A stretch of 64,000 nucleotides of DNA from Anaerovoracaceae bacterium (GTDB taxonomy: Bacteria; Bacillota; Clostridia; Peptostreptococcales; Anaerovoracaceae), in assembly GCA_045639825.1 (NCBI GenBank), contig JAZUDV010000046.1, forward strand, positions 29,231 through 93,230, written 5' to 3'. The translations under genes and the position numbers were made by a program. Position 1 is the stretch's first letter. Each line of letters starts with the position of its first letter. The notes under the pieces are model-generated. The model ran no database searches. It was given only the letters and a program-made list of their open reading frames with translations, and was not told the DNA's origin. Positions 7,400 to 15,891 of the stretch are shown one piece after another.

Positions 7400-8869
7400 G
7401 TGATTAATTATATTAGTACAAGAAATTCCAAGCATATCACCACATCCTCTCAGGCCATTCTTAATGGTCAGGCACCGGATGGTGGACTTTATATTCCCAG
7501 CGACCTCTCAGCAATCGTTCTTGACGATTATCATGAGGTAACTGACAGAGATTTCCGCGGAATGGCCAAAGCTGTCTGGAACATATTCTTCCCGGATTAC
7601 GGCGAAGCGGTAATTGACGAACTGGTCGAGAGAAGTTACAGGAACAAGTTCTCTAAGGATGCCATTACGCCTCTTGCTAAAGTGGGCTCTAATGGCTATG
7701 TTCTTGAGCTTTATCATGGACCAACTGCAGCATTTAAGGACGTTGCCCTCTCAGCACTCCCTAATCTGTTAACCAAGGCAAGAGAGATGAATGATTTCAC
7801 CGATGAAATCCTTATCCTTACTGCCACCTCCGGCGACACAGGATCAGCTGCCCTCTGCGGTTTCAGTGATGTTCCGGGCACAAGAATTATCGTTTTCTAT
7901 CCCGAAGGCGGTGTCTCAGAAACACAGAAACTTCAGATGGTAACTGCAGCAGGCAACAACACCTGTGCATGCGCAATCAAGGGTAACTTTGATGATGCCC
8001 AGACAGGTGTTAAGAAGCTCTTTAGAGAAATCCCTCAGCCTGTTAAGGGAGTCAGCCTTTCAAGCGCTAATTCGATTAATATCGGACGTCTGGTTCCTCA
8101 AGTTGTCTACTATTTCTCAGCATACAAGCAACTTGTAGAAATGGGAGCCATTGAGGACGGATGTAAAGTAAACTTTACAGTTCCGACAGGTAATTTCGGT
8201 GACATTATGGCCGGATATTTTGCAATGAAGATGGGACTTCCTGTAGGCAAGCTCATCTGTGCATCCAACCCTAATGATGTCCTTACCGAATTCCTGCAAA
8301 CCGGTCATTACAACAGGAAGAGGACTTTCTACAAGACTACATCCCCTTCCATGGATATACTTGTTTCCAGCAATCTTGAGCGTCTTCTCTACTATATCTG
8401 CGGAGAAGAGCATACAGTTGAATATATGCAGCAGCTCCAGGAGTCCGGCGAATACCGGATTACCCCTGAAGAGCTCGCTAAGATCCAGTCCGTATTCGTC
8501 GGACTCGCTGCCGGCGATGAAGACGGCAGCGAATCAATCGGCCGCATTTACAATCAGGAACACTATCTCATGGATACTCACACGGCGATTGCCTGGAGCT
8601 GCTATGAGAAATACCAGCTTGCTTCATCCGATACAAATATCAATGTAGTACTCAGTACTGCTTCACCTTACAAGTTCTGCGCTTCCGTTCTCAGAGCCCT
8701 TGGCGAGCAGCCGGGATCCGATCGTGAGAACATGGATAATTGCCACAAGATCACAGGCACAGACATTCCTTCCGGACTTGCAGGTATATTTGAGAGAGAA
8801 ATAAGACATACAGATGTTATTGCCATTGAAGATATGAAGCAGTACGTTATAGATAGAGCTTCCAAGTAA
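7400..8869 (+). CDS. thrC: threonine synthase
   Basis: 489 aa. GTG start with AGGAG 6 nt upstream. PLP-lysine context TAAFKDVAL. Confidence 0.9.
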   Translation: MINYISTRNSKHITTSSQAILNGQAPDGGLYIPSDLSAIVLDDYHEVTDRDFRGMAKAVWNIFFPDYGEAVIDELVERSYRNKFSKDAITPLAKVGSNGYVLELYHGPTAAFKDVALSALPNLLTKAREMNDFTDEILILTATSGDTGSAALCGFSDVPGTRIIVFYPEGGVSETQKLQMVTAAGNNTCACAIKGNFDDAQTGVKKLFREIPQPVKGVSLSSANSINIGRLVPQVVYYFSAYKQLVEMGAIEDGCKVNFTVPTGNFGDIMAGYFAMKMGLPVGKLICASNPNDVLTEFLQTGHYNRKRTFYKTTSPSMDILVSSNLERLLYYICGEEHTVEYMQQLQESGEYRITPEELAKIQSVFVGLAAGDEDGSESIGRIYNQEHYLMDTHTAIAWSCYEKYQLASSDTNINVVLSTASPYKFCASVLRALGEQPGSDRENMDNCHKITGTDIPSGLAGIFEREIRHTDVIAIEDMKQYVIDRASK

Positions 8870-8879
8870 GGAGACCCTT

Positions 8880-9317
8880 ATGAACGGCAAATACGTAATT
8901 GTAGATAAAGTCCTTCTCCCTTCCTATTGTGAGAAGGTAATAGAGGCAAGACAACTGCTCGAAGACGGCAATGCCAAGGATGTCAGCGAGGCAGTTAAGA
9001 AGGTCGGTATATCACGTTCCACATTCTACAAATACAAAGATATGGTTCGTGATATGAGCACTATTTCGATGGGCAGACATGCTATAATATCGATGATGAT
9101 GAACCATCGCGTAGGAGTATTATGGACAGTTCTCCGAATAATTTCCAACTACGACTACAGTGTATGGACCATCACACAGAATCCACCGGTTGACAACAAG
9201 GCCAACGTTGTCATCACCCTCGACCTTGGCGAGGACGTAGATTCACTGGATGATATGCTTAGAGAAATAGCAACAGTTCCGGGCTTATCACGTATCCAGC
9301 TTCTCGGCATTGACTAA
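8880..9317 (+). CDS. UPF0735/PheB-like ACT domain protein
   Basis: 145 aa. The N-terminal part, with ISRSTFYKYKD, resembles B. subtilis PheB (LSRSAFYKYRD). The C-terminus is ACT-like. Confidence 0.7.
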   Translation: MNGKYVIVDKVLLPSYCEKVIEARQLLEDGNAKDVSEAVKKVGISRSTFYKYKDMVRDMSTISMGRHAIISMMMNHRVGVLWTVLRIISNYDYSVWTITQNPPVDNKANVVITLDLGEDVDSLDDMLREIATVPGLSRIQLLGID

Positions 9318-9371
9318 GAACATACACTTTAAATGAACTGACAGCTTCTTGTATATTAGGAGGCAATTCAA

Positions 9372-10259
9372 TTGGATTTTAAGCAAATAGAAGCATTCGT
9401 AAATGTTGTAAGGTATAAGAGTTTCAGCAAGGCAGCAGATGCTACCTTCTTTACACAGCCGACAATCAGCTCTCACATTCAGAACCTGGAAAACGAGCTC
9501 AATGTCAAGCTCCTTGATCGCAAGGGCCGCACAGTTGAGATGACTCCACAGGGTTCAGAGTTCTACAAATATGCAATAGAGATGATTAATGCGAGATCTG
9601 CTGCAATGAACGCACTCGGTGCCAACGGCGATGAAGCGTCCGGCATTCTTGAAATACAGACATCTTCAATTCCGGGTGTAACATTCCTGCCTGATCTTCT
9701 CGCAGACTTCCGCAAGGAACATAATAACGTCAAATATTATGTTGCCCTTTCGGACACCGAGTCTGTAGTTGATAACATTATCGACAGACGTGGCGAGATT
9801 GGCTTTGTTGGTGATGCGGTAAACAGCAATGTCATAGAGTCAACCAAAATCGCTAACGATAAAGTTGTCTTGATTGCGCCTAAGGCTTACGGCCTATCGG
9901 GGCATATTTCGGTATCTGCGGCAAGTGATCTGCCATTCCTCTGGCGTGAAACAGGTTCTGCAACAAGAAAGACTTTCGAAGCCGTCGCAATGTCTCGCGG
10001 ACTTGATAAGACCGGGTTTGAAGTCGCAGGTCTCTTCAACGATATTGATTCAATGATTCGTTCTGTAGAGGCAGGTCTGGGCGTAGCTATTATTTCCGAA
10101 AGAATTGCAAACAATCTGTCTGATAGAGTATCCATACTCAGTATAGATGACTTTGACTCGGACCGAGCATTCTATATCATCAAACTGAAGAATGCATCCC
10201 TCTCCCCTGTTGCAGAGGCATTCTACAACTACGTCATATCGAATAATTTAAGCAAATAA
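9372..10259 (+). CDS. LysR-family transcriptional regulator
   Basis: 295 aa. TTG start with GGAGG 8 nt upstream. N-terminal wHTH MDFKQIEAFVNVVRYKSFSKAADATFFTQPTISSHIQNLE. Confidence 0.88.
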   Translation: MDFKQIEAFVNVVRYKSFSKAADATFFTQPTISSHIQNLENELNVKLLDRKGRTVEMTPQGSEFYKYAIEMINARSAAMNALGANGDEASGILEIQTSSIPGVTFLPDLLADFRKEHNNVKYYVALSDTESVVDNIIDRRGEIGFVGDAVNSNVIESTKIANDKVVLIAPKAYGLSGHISVSAASDLPFLWRETGSATRKTFEAVAMSRGLDKTGFEVAGLFNDIDSMIRSVEAGLGVAIISERIANNLSDRVSILSIDDFDSDRAFYIIKLKNASLSPVAEAFYNYVISNNLSK

Positions 10260-10338
10260 ACTATCTATAGAAACAACCAATAAGACTATTATGAATACTT
10301 GGTGTATCATTTATGCATCAAGTATTTGAGGAATAAAT

Positions 10339-11445
10339 ATGTCAGAATCAAGCAAATCAAACTTAGTAAAACCAAAAAAGGCAATTCGTCTCACTGAGAT
10401 GACAACAGCAGGTGGATGAGGAGCAAAGTTGGGACCGGGTGTCCTTTCAGATATTCTTTCCGGACTGCCTAAGATTAGCGATGAGCGTATTTTAGTTGGT
10501 TTTGACAGCAATGATGATGCATGTGTTTACCGTGCCAGTGACGATCTTGCTATCATTAATACAATTGATTTCTTCCCGCCTATCGTCGATGATCCTTATA
10601 GATTCGGGCAGATTGCCGCTGCAAATTCACTAAGTGATGTATATGCAATGGGCGGACAACCAAAACTGGCGATGAATCTCCTTTGCGTACCTAATTGCTT
10701 ACCACTTGATGCAGTCAAAGCAATACTTGAAGGCGGTAACGACAAGGTTAACGAATGCGGTGCTACCATTGTTGGTGGTCACAGTATTGAAGATAACGAG
10801 CCAAAATACGGCTTATCGGTTACGGGTTTTGCTCATCCGAATGATATTCTCTCCAACAGTGCCAATGCAGGCAACCTTCTCGTTATAACCAAGAAGATTG
10901 GAACAGGGATTCTATCGACTGCTGCCAAGGCAGACATGTTGGATGATCAAACAGTCAGTGCCATGGAAGACACAATGGCTCAGCTAAACAAATATGGCTG
11001 GCTGGCTATGGAACAGATTCGCAAGGCCGGAGCCACAATCGACGGATGTACTGATATCACAGGCTTTGGCCTCATCGGTCACGCCGCAGAAATGGCTAAG
11101 GCCGGAAATGTTACTCTGGAAATCTTCTCAAGCAAAGTCCCTATTCTGGACAATGCACACGATATGGCAAAGATGGGAATTATTCCTGCCGGAGCTCATC
11201 GCAACAGAGAATACATTGGTCCTGATGTGTCAGAATTTCTTTCTAAAAACCCTGATACAGACATTGACCTAAGAGCGACAATCGACTGTCTCTACGACCC
11301 ACAGACATCCGGCGGTCTGCTAATCGCCATCGATGAGAAGCACGTCAAGAATCTCCAGCAAGCACTTGGAGAACAAGGTTGTGAGACAGCAATCATCGGT
11401 CAATTCAAAGATAAGAAGACTTCCTTCATCGAATTACATGACTAA
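10339..11445 (+). CDS. selD: selenide, water dikinase (selenophosphate synthetase), Sec-containing: in-frame TGA at 10417-10419 = codon 27
   Basis: ATG 10339 with GAGGA 6 nt upstream, then 26 sense codons (MSESSKSNLVKPKKAIRLTEMTTAGG), then TGA, then GAKLGPGVL..., continuing in frame into track ORF 10429..11445. The TGA sits in the glycine-rich loop at the position where E. coli SelD has its catalytic Cys. VGFDSNDDACVY and GGHSIEDNEPKYG motifs are present. Confidence 0.88.
10431..10445 (+). other. candidate bacterial SECIS hairpin for the selD UGA
   Basis: GGGAC-CGGGU-GUCCU: a 5-bp stem including one G-U pair, with a G-rich 5-nt loop. It begins exactly 11 nt after the UGA. Confidence 0.5.
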
Positions 11446-11450
11446 CTAAA

Positions 11451-11481
11451 AAAAGAATTCTGTTAATAACAGAATTCTTTT
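11451..11481. terminator. bidirectional intrinsic terminator between selD and the DUF2804 gene
   Basis: Perfect palindrome AAAAGAATTCTGT-taata-ACAGAATTCTTTT with an A-run on one side and a T-run on the other. Confidence 0.75.
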
Positions 11482-11492
11482 TATTTATATGC

Positions 11493-12530
11493 TTACCACT
11501 TGTTCTCTACTTTCTCAGCAAATCCGATAAAGTCTTTAATCTCAATCCTGGTTCCGTCCTCGAGTACGGCGGTTCCCGTATATCTTCCAAAGACCTGATG
11601 TTGGTCGCTTTTAATAAGTTTAACATCAGTACATGAAGCTCTATCAATTATCGGTTCAAACTCCATCTCGAACTTACCGTCATCACTGGTAAATGTCCAT
11701 GGGCGCATAAAGTCATCACTTTTACCGACCCTCGGAATATTGAATTTCACTTCGCTCAGCTTGTGTGACTTACCTCTATAGAACAGCATATTTTCAGTAG
11801 CTGCACTGGTGTCACCAAATCCGTATCCGATATTGAATCCAAATTCATTACCGTCAACGCGGCCGGATGCCGAACCCCAGTACCATGTATTATGGTATGT
11901 CCATACGCCTCTGCCCCAGTCAAGAATTCCCATTGACTCGAAAGGCTTAAATTCATATTTCTCCCCACCTATCTTTACATATCCATGGGCCGGCATATTA
12001 TTAATCTTCTGATTGAAGTAAAAATGACCCGCCTTGTTAAACGGAGTGACTATTACCATGGATTCTTCAGGCTCACTCAGCAGTTTAATATCAAATTCGA
12101 TTGGCAAATTATTCTTAAACTTGTCCATGCGACCGGTCAGGTGACGCTTGCCATCCTTAACCAGGAACTTTAGGTAATAATCTTTACCATATATCTCACT
12201 GATACCCTCTTCAGAAGTCTCAGGCAGATTAGTTCTGCCCATAGTCAGCCATCTCATCGGGCTCTTGGTAATCTCCCATGGTTCATCATCAAAGCTTAAG
12301 AACGAAATCGAATCAAGTCCCATATATGAATTGTCGGCAATTGTAACCGCAAGGCCAAAATGATCATTACCTATATAGTAATAATCCCATTCCTTAAGCC
12401 TCATCAAACCGCCCTTCACCTTGCTTCTGTCATATACAGGCAGCAGTTTTCTTGCAAATCCGACTTGTGTCAAATCTCCATTTTCATCGAGCAGAGGTCT
12501 TGCTTCAGTGATTTCAACGTTGTTTCTCAT
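11493..12530 (-). CDS. DUF2804 domain-containing protein
   Basis: 345 aa. RLKEWDYYYI near the N-terminus is typical of DUF2804. GGAGG 8 nt upstream. Confidence 0.7.
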   Translation of the reverse strand: MRNNVEITEARPLLDENGDLTQVGFARKLLPVYDRSKVKGGLMRLKEWDYYYIGNDHFGLAVTIADNSYMGLDSISFLSFDDEPWEITKSPMRWLTMGRTNLPETSEEGISEIYGKDYYLKFLVKDGKRHLTGRMDKFKNNLPIEFDIKLLSEPEESMVIVTPFNKAGHFYFNQKINNMPAHGYVKIGGEKYEFKPFESMGILDWGRGVWTYHNTWYWGSASGRVDGNEFGFNIGYGFGDTSAATENMLFYRGKSHKLSEVKFNIPRVGKSDDFMRPWTFTSDDGKFEMEFEPIIDRASCTDVKLIKSDQHQVFGRYTGTAVLEDGTRIEIKDFIGFAEKVENKW

Positions 12531-12696
12531 ATCAATTACCTCCGATTATTGTCAATCGTTCGTGTTTGCAGATAATTTTTTGTCGCAATTCCATCCATTT
12601 ATATTGTACTACGATTCGTACACAACCGCAACACTTTGCAAATACAGCATTTAACGATATATAGTATTGTTTCTAAATAAACACACAATATTTGTG

Positions 12697-12725
12697 TTGA
12701 TTTTTGCATTGCACAATTGTATATT
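12697..12725 (+). promoter_or_regulatory. candidate sigma-70 promoter of the permease gene
   Basis: TTGATT (12697-12702), a 17-nt spacer, then TATATT (12720-12725). It lies about 50 nt upstream of the ATG at 12778. Confidence 0.45.
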
Positions 12726-12777
12726 TAGCGAGATAGGATTTTTTTAAAGCACGCAAATAATAAAGGAGGAGAAGAAC

Positions 12778-14085
12778 ATGTCAACGCCAAGACGAATCGT
12801 ACAAGTTCAGGAACGTGTGCCTTTGAGCCAGGGAATTCCACTTTCCATTCAGCACACATTCGCAATGTTCAGTGCATCAGTATTAGTTCCATATATTTTA
12901 GGGGTAAGTCCTTCCATAGCGCTTCTTATGAACGGTATCGGAACACTTATCTTTATTTTTATTACAAAGGGAAAAGCTCCTGCTTATCTCGGATCATCCT
13001 TGGCATTCATCTCACCTGCTCTGCTGGTAATTGCGGATCCTGATCTCGGATATCAGTATGCACTCGGCGGCTTCGTAGTAGTAGGTCTGCTGATGTGTGC
13101 AATCGCTATCCTGATTAAGTTCGTAGGAACTAAGTGGATTGACTGTGTTCTTCCACCTGCAGCAATGGGTCCGGTAGTTGCACTTATCGGTCTTGAGCTC
13201 GCTAGCAATGCAGCTTCAACAGGCGGAGTTCTTCCTGGAGAAGACGTCAGCATTGATCCAAAGTTCGTAGTAGTATTCCTTGTAACTCTGCTGCTCGCAG
13301 TATTCGGACAGATCCTCTACAAAGGATTCGCAAGCGCAATTGCAATTCTGATTGCAATCGTTGCAGGATATGTTCTCGCACTTGTTATGGGACTGGTAGA
13401 CTTCTCTGCAGTTAAGGAAGCCTCCGTTGTAGCTATGCCTGCATTCATGTTCCCTAAGTGGAGCTTCAAGGCTATCGCAACAATCATCCCTGCTATACTG
13501 GTAGTAGTAAATGAGCACATCGGACACCAGGTTGTTACTTCCGAAGTAATCGGAGCAGACCTCCTGAAGGATCCGGGCCTTCACAGATCAATGTTCTCCG
13601 ATGGATTCTCAACAGCACTCTCCGGACTCTGCGGAGCATGCCCAACAACAACTTACGGTGAGAACATCGGAGTTATGGCTATCACTAAGGTTTACAGTGT
13701 ATGGGTAATCGGTGGTGCAGCAGTATTCTCAATCCTGCTCTCATTCATCGGCAAGGCTAGTGCTCTTATCCAGACAATCCCTGGTCCTGTTATGGGCGGC
13801 GTATCATTCCTTCTCTATGGTATGATCGGTGCTTCCGGAATCAGACTGATGGTAGACTCCAAGATCGATTACTCCAAGCCTCGTAACCTGGCACTGACTT
13901 CAGTAGTATTCGTAGTAGGACTCTCCGGAATTACAGTTCAGCTCGGTGAAGCTTGCACTCTTACAGGAATGAGCCTGGCAGCTGTAACAGGAATGATTCT
14001 CGGACTGGTATTCTATCTCCTTGACAAGTTCGGAGTAACTAATGACCATGATGATATTGAAGACATCATCGAGTCAGATGTATAA
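12778..14085 (+). CDS. uracil/xanthine permease family transporter (NCS2)
   Basis: 435 aa, polytopic, starting QGIPLSIQHTFAMFSASVLVP, typical of uracil permeases. AAAGGAGGAG SD upstream. Confidence 0.85.
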   Translation: MSTPRRIVQVQERVPLSQGIPLSIQHTFAMFSASVLVPYILGVSPSIALLMNGIGTLIFIFITKGKAPAYLGSSLAFISPALLVIADPDLGYQYALGGFVVVGLLMCAIAILIKFVGTKWIDCVLPPAAMGPVVALIGLELASNAASTGGVLPGEDVSIDPKFVVVFLVTLLLAVFGQILYKGFASAIAILIAIVAGYVLALVMGLVDFSAVKEASVVAMPAFMFPKWSFKAIATIIPAILVVVNEHIGHQVVTSEVIGADLLKDPGLHRSMFSDGFSTALSGLCGACPTTTYGENIGVMAITKVYSVWVIGGAAVFSILLSFIGKASALIQTIPGPVMGGVSFLLYGMIGASGIRLMVDSKIDYSKPRNLALTSVVFVVGLSGITVQLGEACTLTGMSLAAVTGMILGLVFYLLDKFGVTNDHDDIEDIIESDV

Positions 14086-14116
14086 ACAACAATCTGATTA
14101 TTACAACACATATAGG

Positions 14117-14142
14117 GGCAGATCTAACAGGGTCTGCCTTTT
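14117..14142 (+). terminator. intrinsic terminator after the permease gene
   Basis: GGCAGATC-taacag-GGTCTGCC stem followed by TTTT. Confidence 0.7.
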
Positions 14143-14208
14143 ATTATGCCAGCATGGTATAATCTAGTAGTGAACTATTGCAAACAAGGTAATAAGGAGG
14201 TTCGTTTA

Positions 14209-15840
14209 ATGAATTACCATCATGGTTTGTTTGTAGATATTGTTGAGCAGTCAGCAGCAAACTATCCAAACAACATTGCGTATTCTTTCATGAATAAGGA
14301 AGTCAGCTATCCTGCATTTGTTGCTCAGATTCAAAAAACTGCAAAATCACTATCAGCACTTGGCATTGGAGAAGATGATGTTGTCTCAATATGTATGCCA
14401 AATATGCCGCAGGCTATCATTATGTTCTACGCAGTTAACAAAATTGGCGCTGTCGTTAATATGATACATCCGCTTTCAACTGAGAATGAGATTATTGACG
14501 ATATCAACAAGCTTCATTCCAAGGCTATTGTTATCCTTGATAGCCTGTATGCTAATGTCACCGGCATTGTCAATTGCAATGATCTCAAGCATATTATTAT
14601 CTGTTCTGTCGGAGACGTACTGCCCCCTCTTCTCAAGCTGGGATACTGGGCAACTCAGGGAAGAAAAATCAGCAAGCCGGGATTCAACACTAAACATTTA
14701 ACCTGGTCGGAGCTTCAGAAGAAATCTGTCTCAGTGCATACACTTCCTGAAACTACTGATAGGACTGACAAAGCAGCACTCATACTTTTCTCCGGTGGTA
14801 CTACCGGCAAAACTAAAGCGGTGTGTCTTTCCAACTACAACATAAATGCATCAGCGGCACAGATGCTTGCTACTACTTCAGCCATGCATGAAGGTGACAC
14901 CTTTCTTACAGTAATGCCGATATTCCATGGCAGTGGACTAATAATCGGTGTCCATGTTATTATGATGGCTGGTGCACGCAGCATCCTGATTCCAAGGTTT
15001 ACTCCGGAGAGCTACGTTAAGGATATGCTCAAATACAGATGCAACTTCATGTCAGGTGCACCGACTCTATTCGAAAGAATGCTTGATGTCGAGGAATTGC
15101 AGAATGCGGATCTCTCATTTATTAAAGGAGTATTCTCCGGGGCTGATGCTTTATCAGCAGAACTCGAGCACAAAATCAATTCTTTTCTTGCCGCACGCGG
15201 ATGCAAGATTCATGTAAGACAGGGTTATGGTATGACAGAGGGAGTTGTAGCTAGCTGTCTGGTTCCTGAAGGCGATTATAAAGAAGGTTCTATCGGCAAG
15301 CCTCTGAACGATGTTGTCATGAAGATTGTTGAACCCGGAACTGACATAGAACTGCCTACAGGTGAAGTTGGCGAAATAGTTTTTAGCTCAGTCACCAACA
15401 TGCTTGGATACATTGATGATCCGGAAGAAACAGCTATAGCAATGCGAAAACATTCCGATGGACTAACCTATATTCACTCAGGTGACCTGGGATCTGTCGA
15501 CGAGGAAGGTTTCTTCTACTTTAAAGGCCGCATCAAGAGAATGATTGTTACTAACGGCTACAACGTTTTTCCTCTTGAGTTAGAAAGCATTATTGAAAAG
15601 AACGAAATGGTCAAGAGATGCTGTGTTGTCGGGGTACCTGACCCTAAGAGAATTGAGCGAGTTAAGGCGTATATCGTCCTCAATCCAGGATATGATAAGA
15701 GTGATGCAATCAGAGAACAGCTTAATGACTATTTTGCTAAAAATATTGCAAGATATGCCAAGCCTAGAGAAATCGAATTTATAGATGAGCTACCTAGAAC
15801 CAAGGTTGGAAAAGTAGACTTCACGGCACTTGTAAGATAA
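14209..15840 (+). CDS. AMP-dependent acyl-CoA synthetase/ligase (long-chain fatty acid-CoA ligase-like)
   Basis: Start taken at MNYHHG (ATG 14209), which has AAGGAGG upstream; the track start 14146 lacks an SD. Adenylation motifs LFSGGTTGKTKAV and GYGMTE are present. Confidence 0.88.
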   Translation: MNYHHGLFVDIVEQSAANYPNNIAYSFMNKEVSYPAFVAQIQKTAKSLSALGIGEDDVVSICMPNMPQAIIMFYAVNKIGAVVNMIHPLSTENEIIDDINKLHSKAIVILDSLYANVTGIVNCNDLKHIIICSVGDVLPPLLKLGYWATQGRKISKPGFNTKHLTWSELQKKSVSVHTLPETTDRTDKAALILFSGGTTGKTKAVCLSNYNINASAAQMLATTSAMHEGDTFLTVMPIFHGSGLIIGVHVIMMAGARSILIPRFTPESYVKDMLKYRCNFMSGAPTLFERMLDVEELQNADLSFIKGVFSGADALSAELEHKINSFLAARGCKIHVRQGYGMTEGVVASCLVPEGDYKEGSIGKPLNDVVMKIVEPGTDIELPTGEVGEIVFSSVTNMLGYIDDPEETAIAMRKHSDGLTYIHSGDLGSVDEEGFFYFKGRIKRMIVTNGYNVFPLELESIIEKNEMVKRCCVVGVPDPKRIERVKAYIVLNPGYDKSDAIREQLNDYFAKNIARYAKPREIEFIDELPRTKVGKVDFTALVR

Positions 15841-15853
15841 CAAATCGGAATAA

Positions 15854-15884
15854 ATGCTCTGCCTATTCTGTCCAGGCAGAGCAT
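15854..15884. terminator. bidirectional terminator hairpin between convergent genes
   Basis: ATGCTCTGCC...GGCAGAGCAT, a 10-bp perfect stem followed by a T-rich tract. Confidence 0.7.
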
Positions 15885-15891
15885 CTTCTTT

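Noticed and set aside
10311-10511. 66-aa minus-strand ORF across the selD 5' end
   Set aside because: It is antisense to the conserved selD N-terminus and Sec codon region, starts at TTG and has no SD. It is a shadow ORF.
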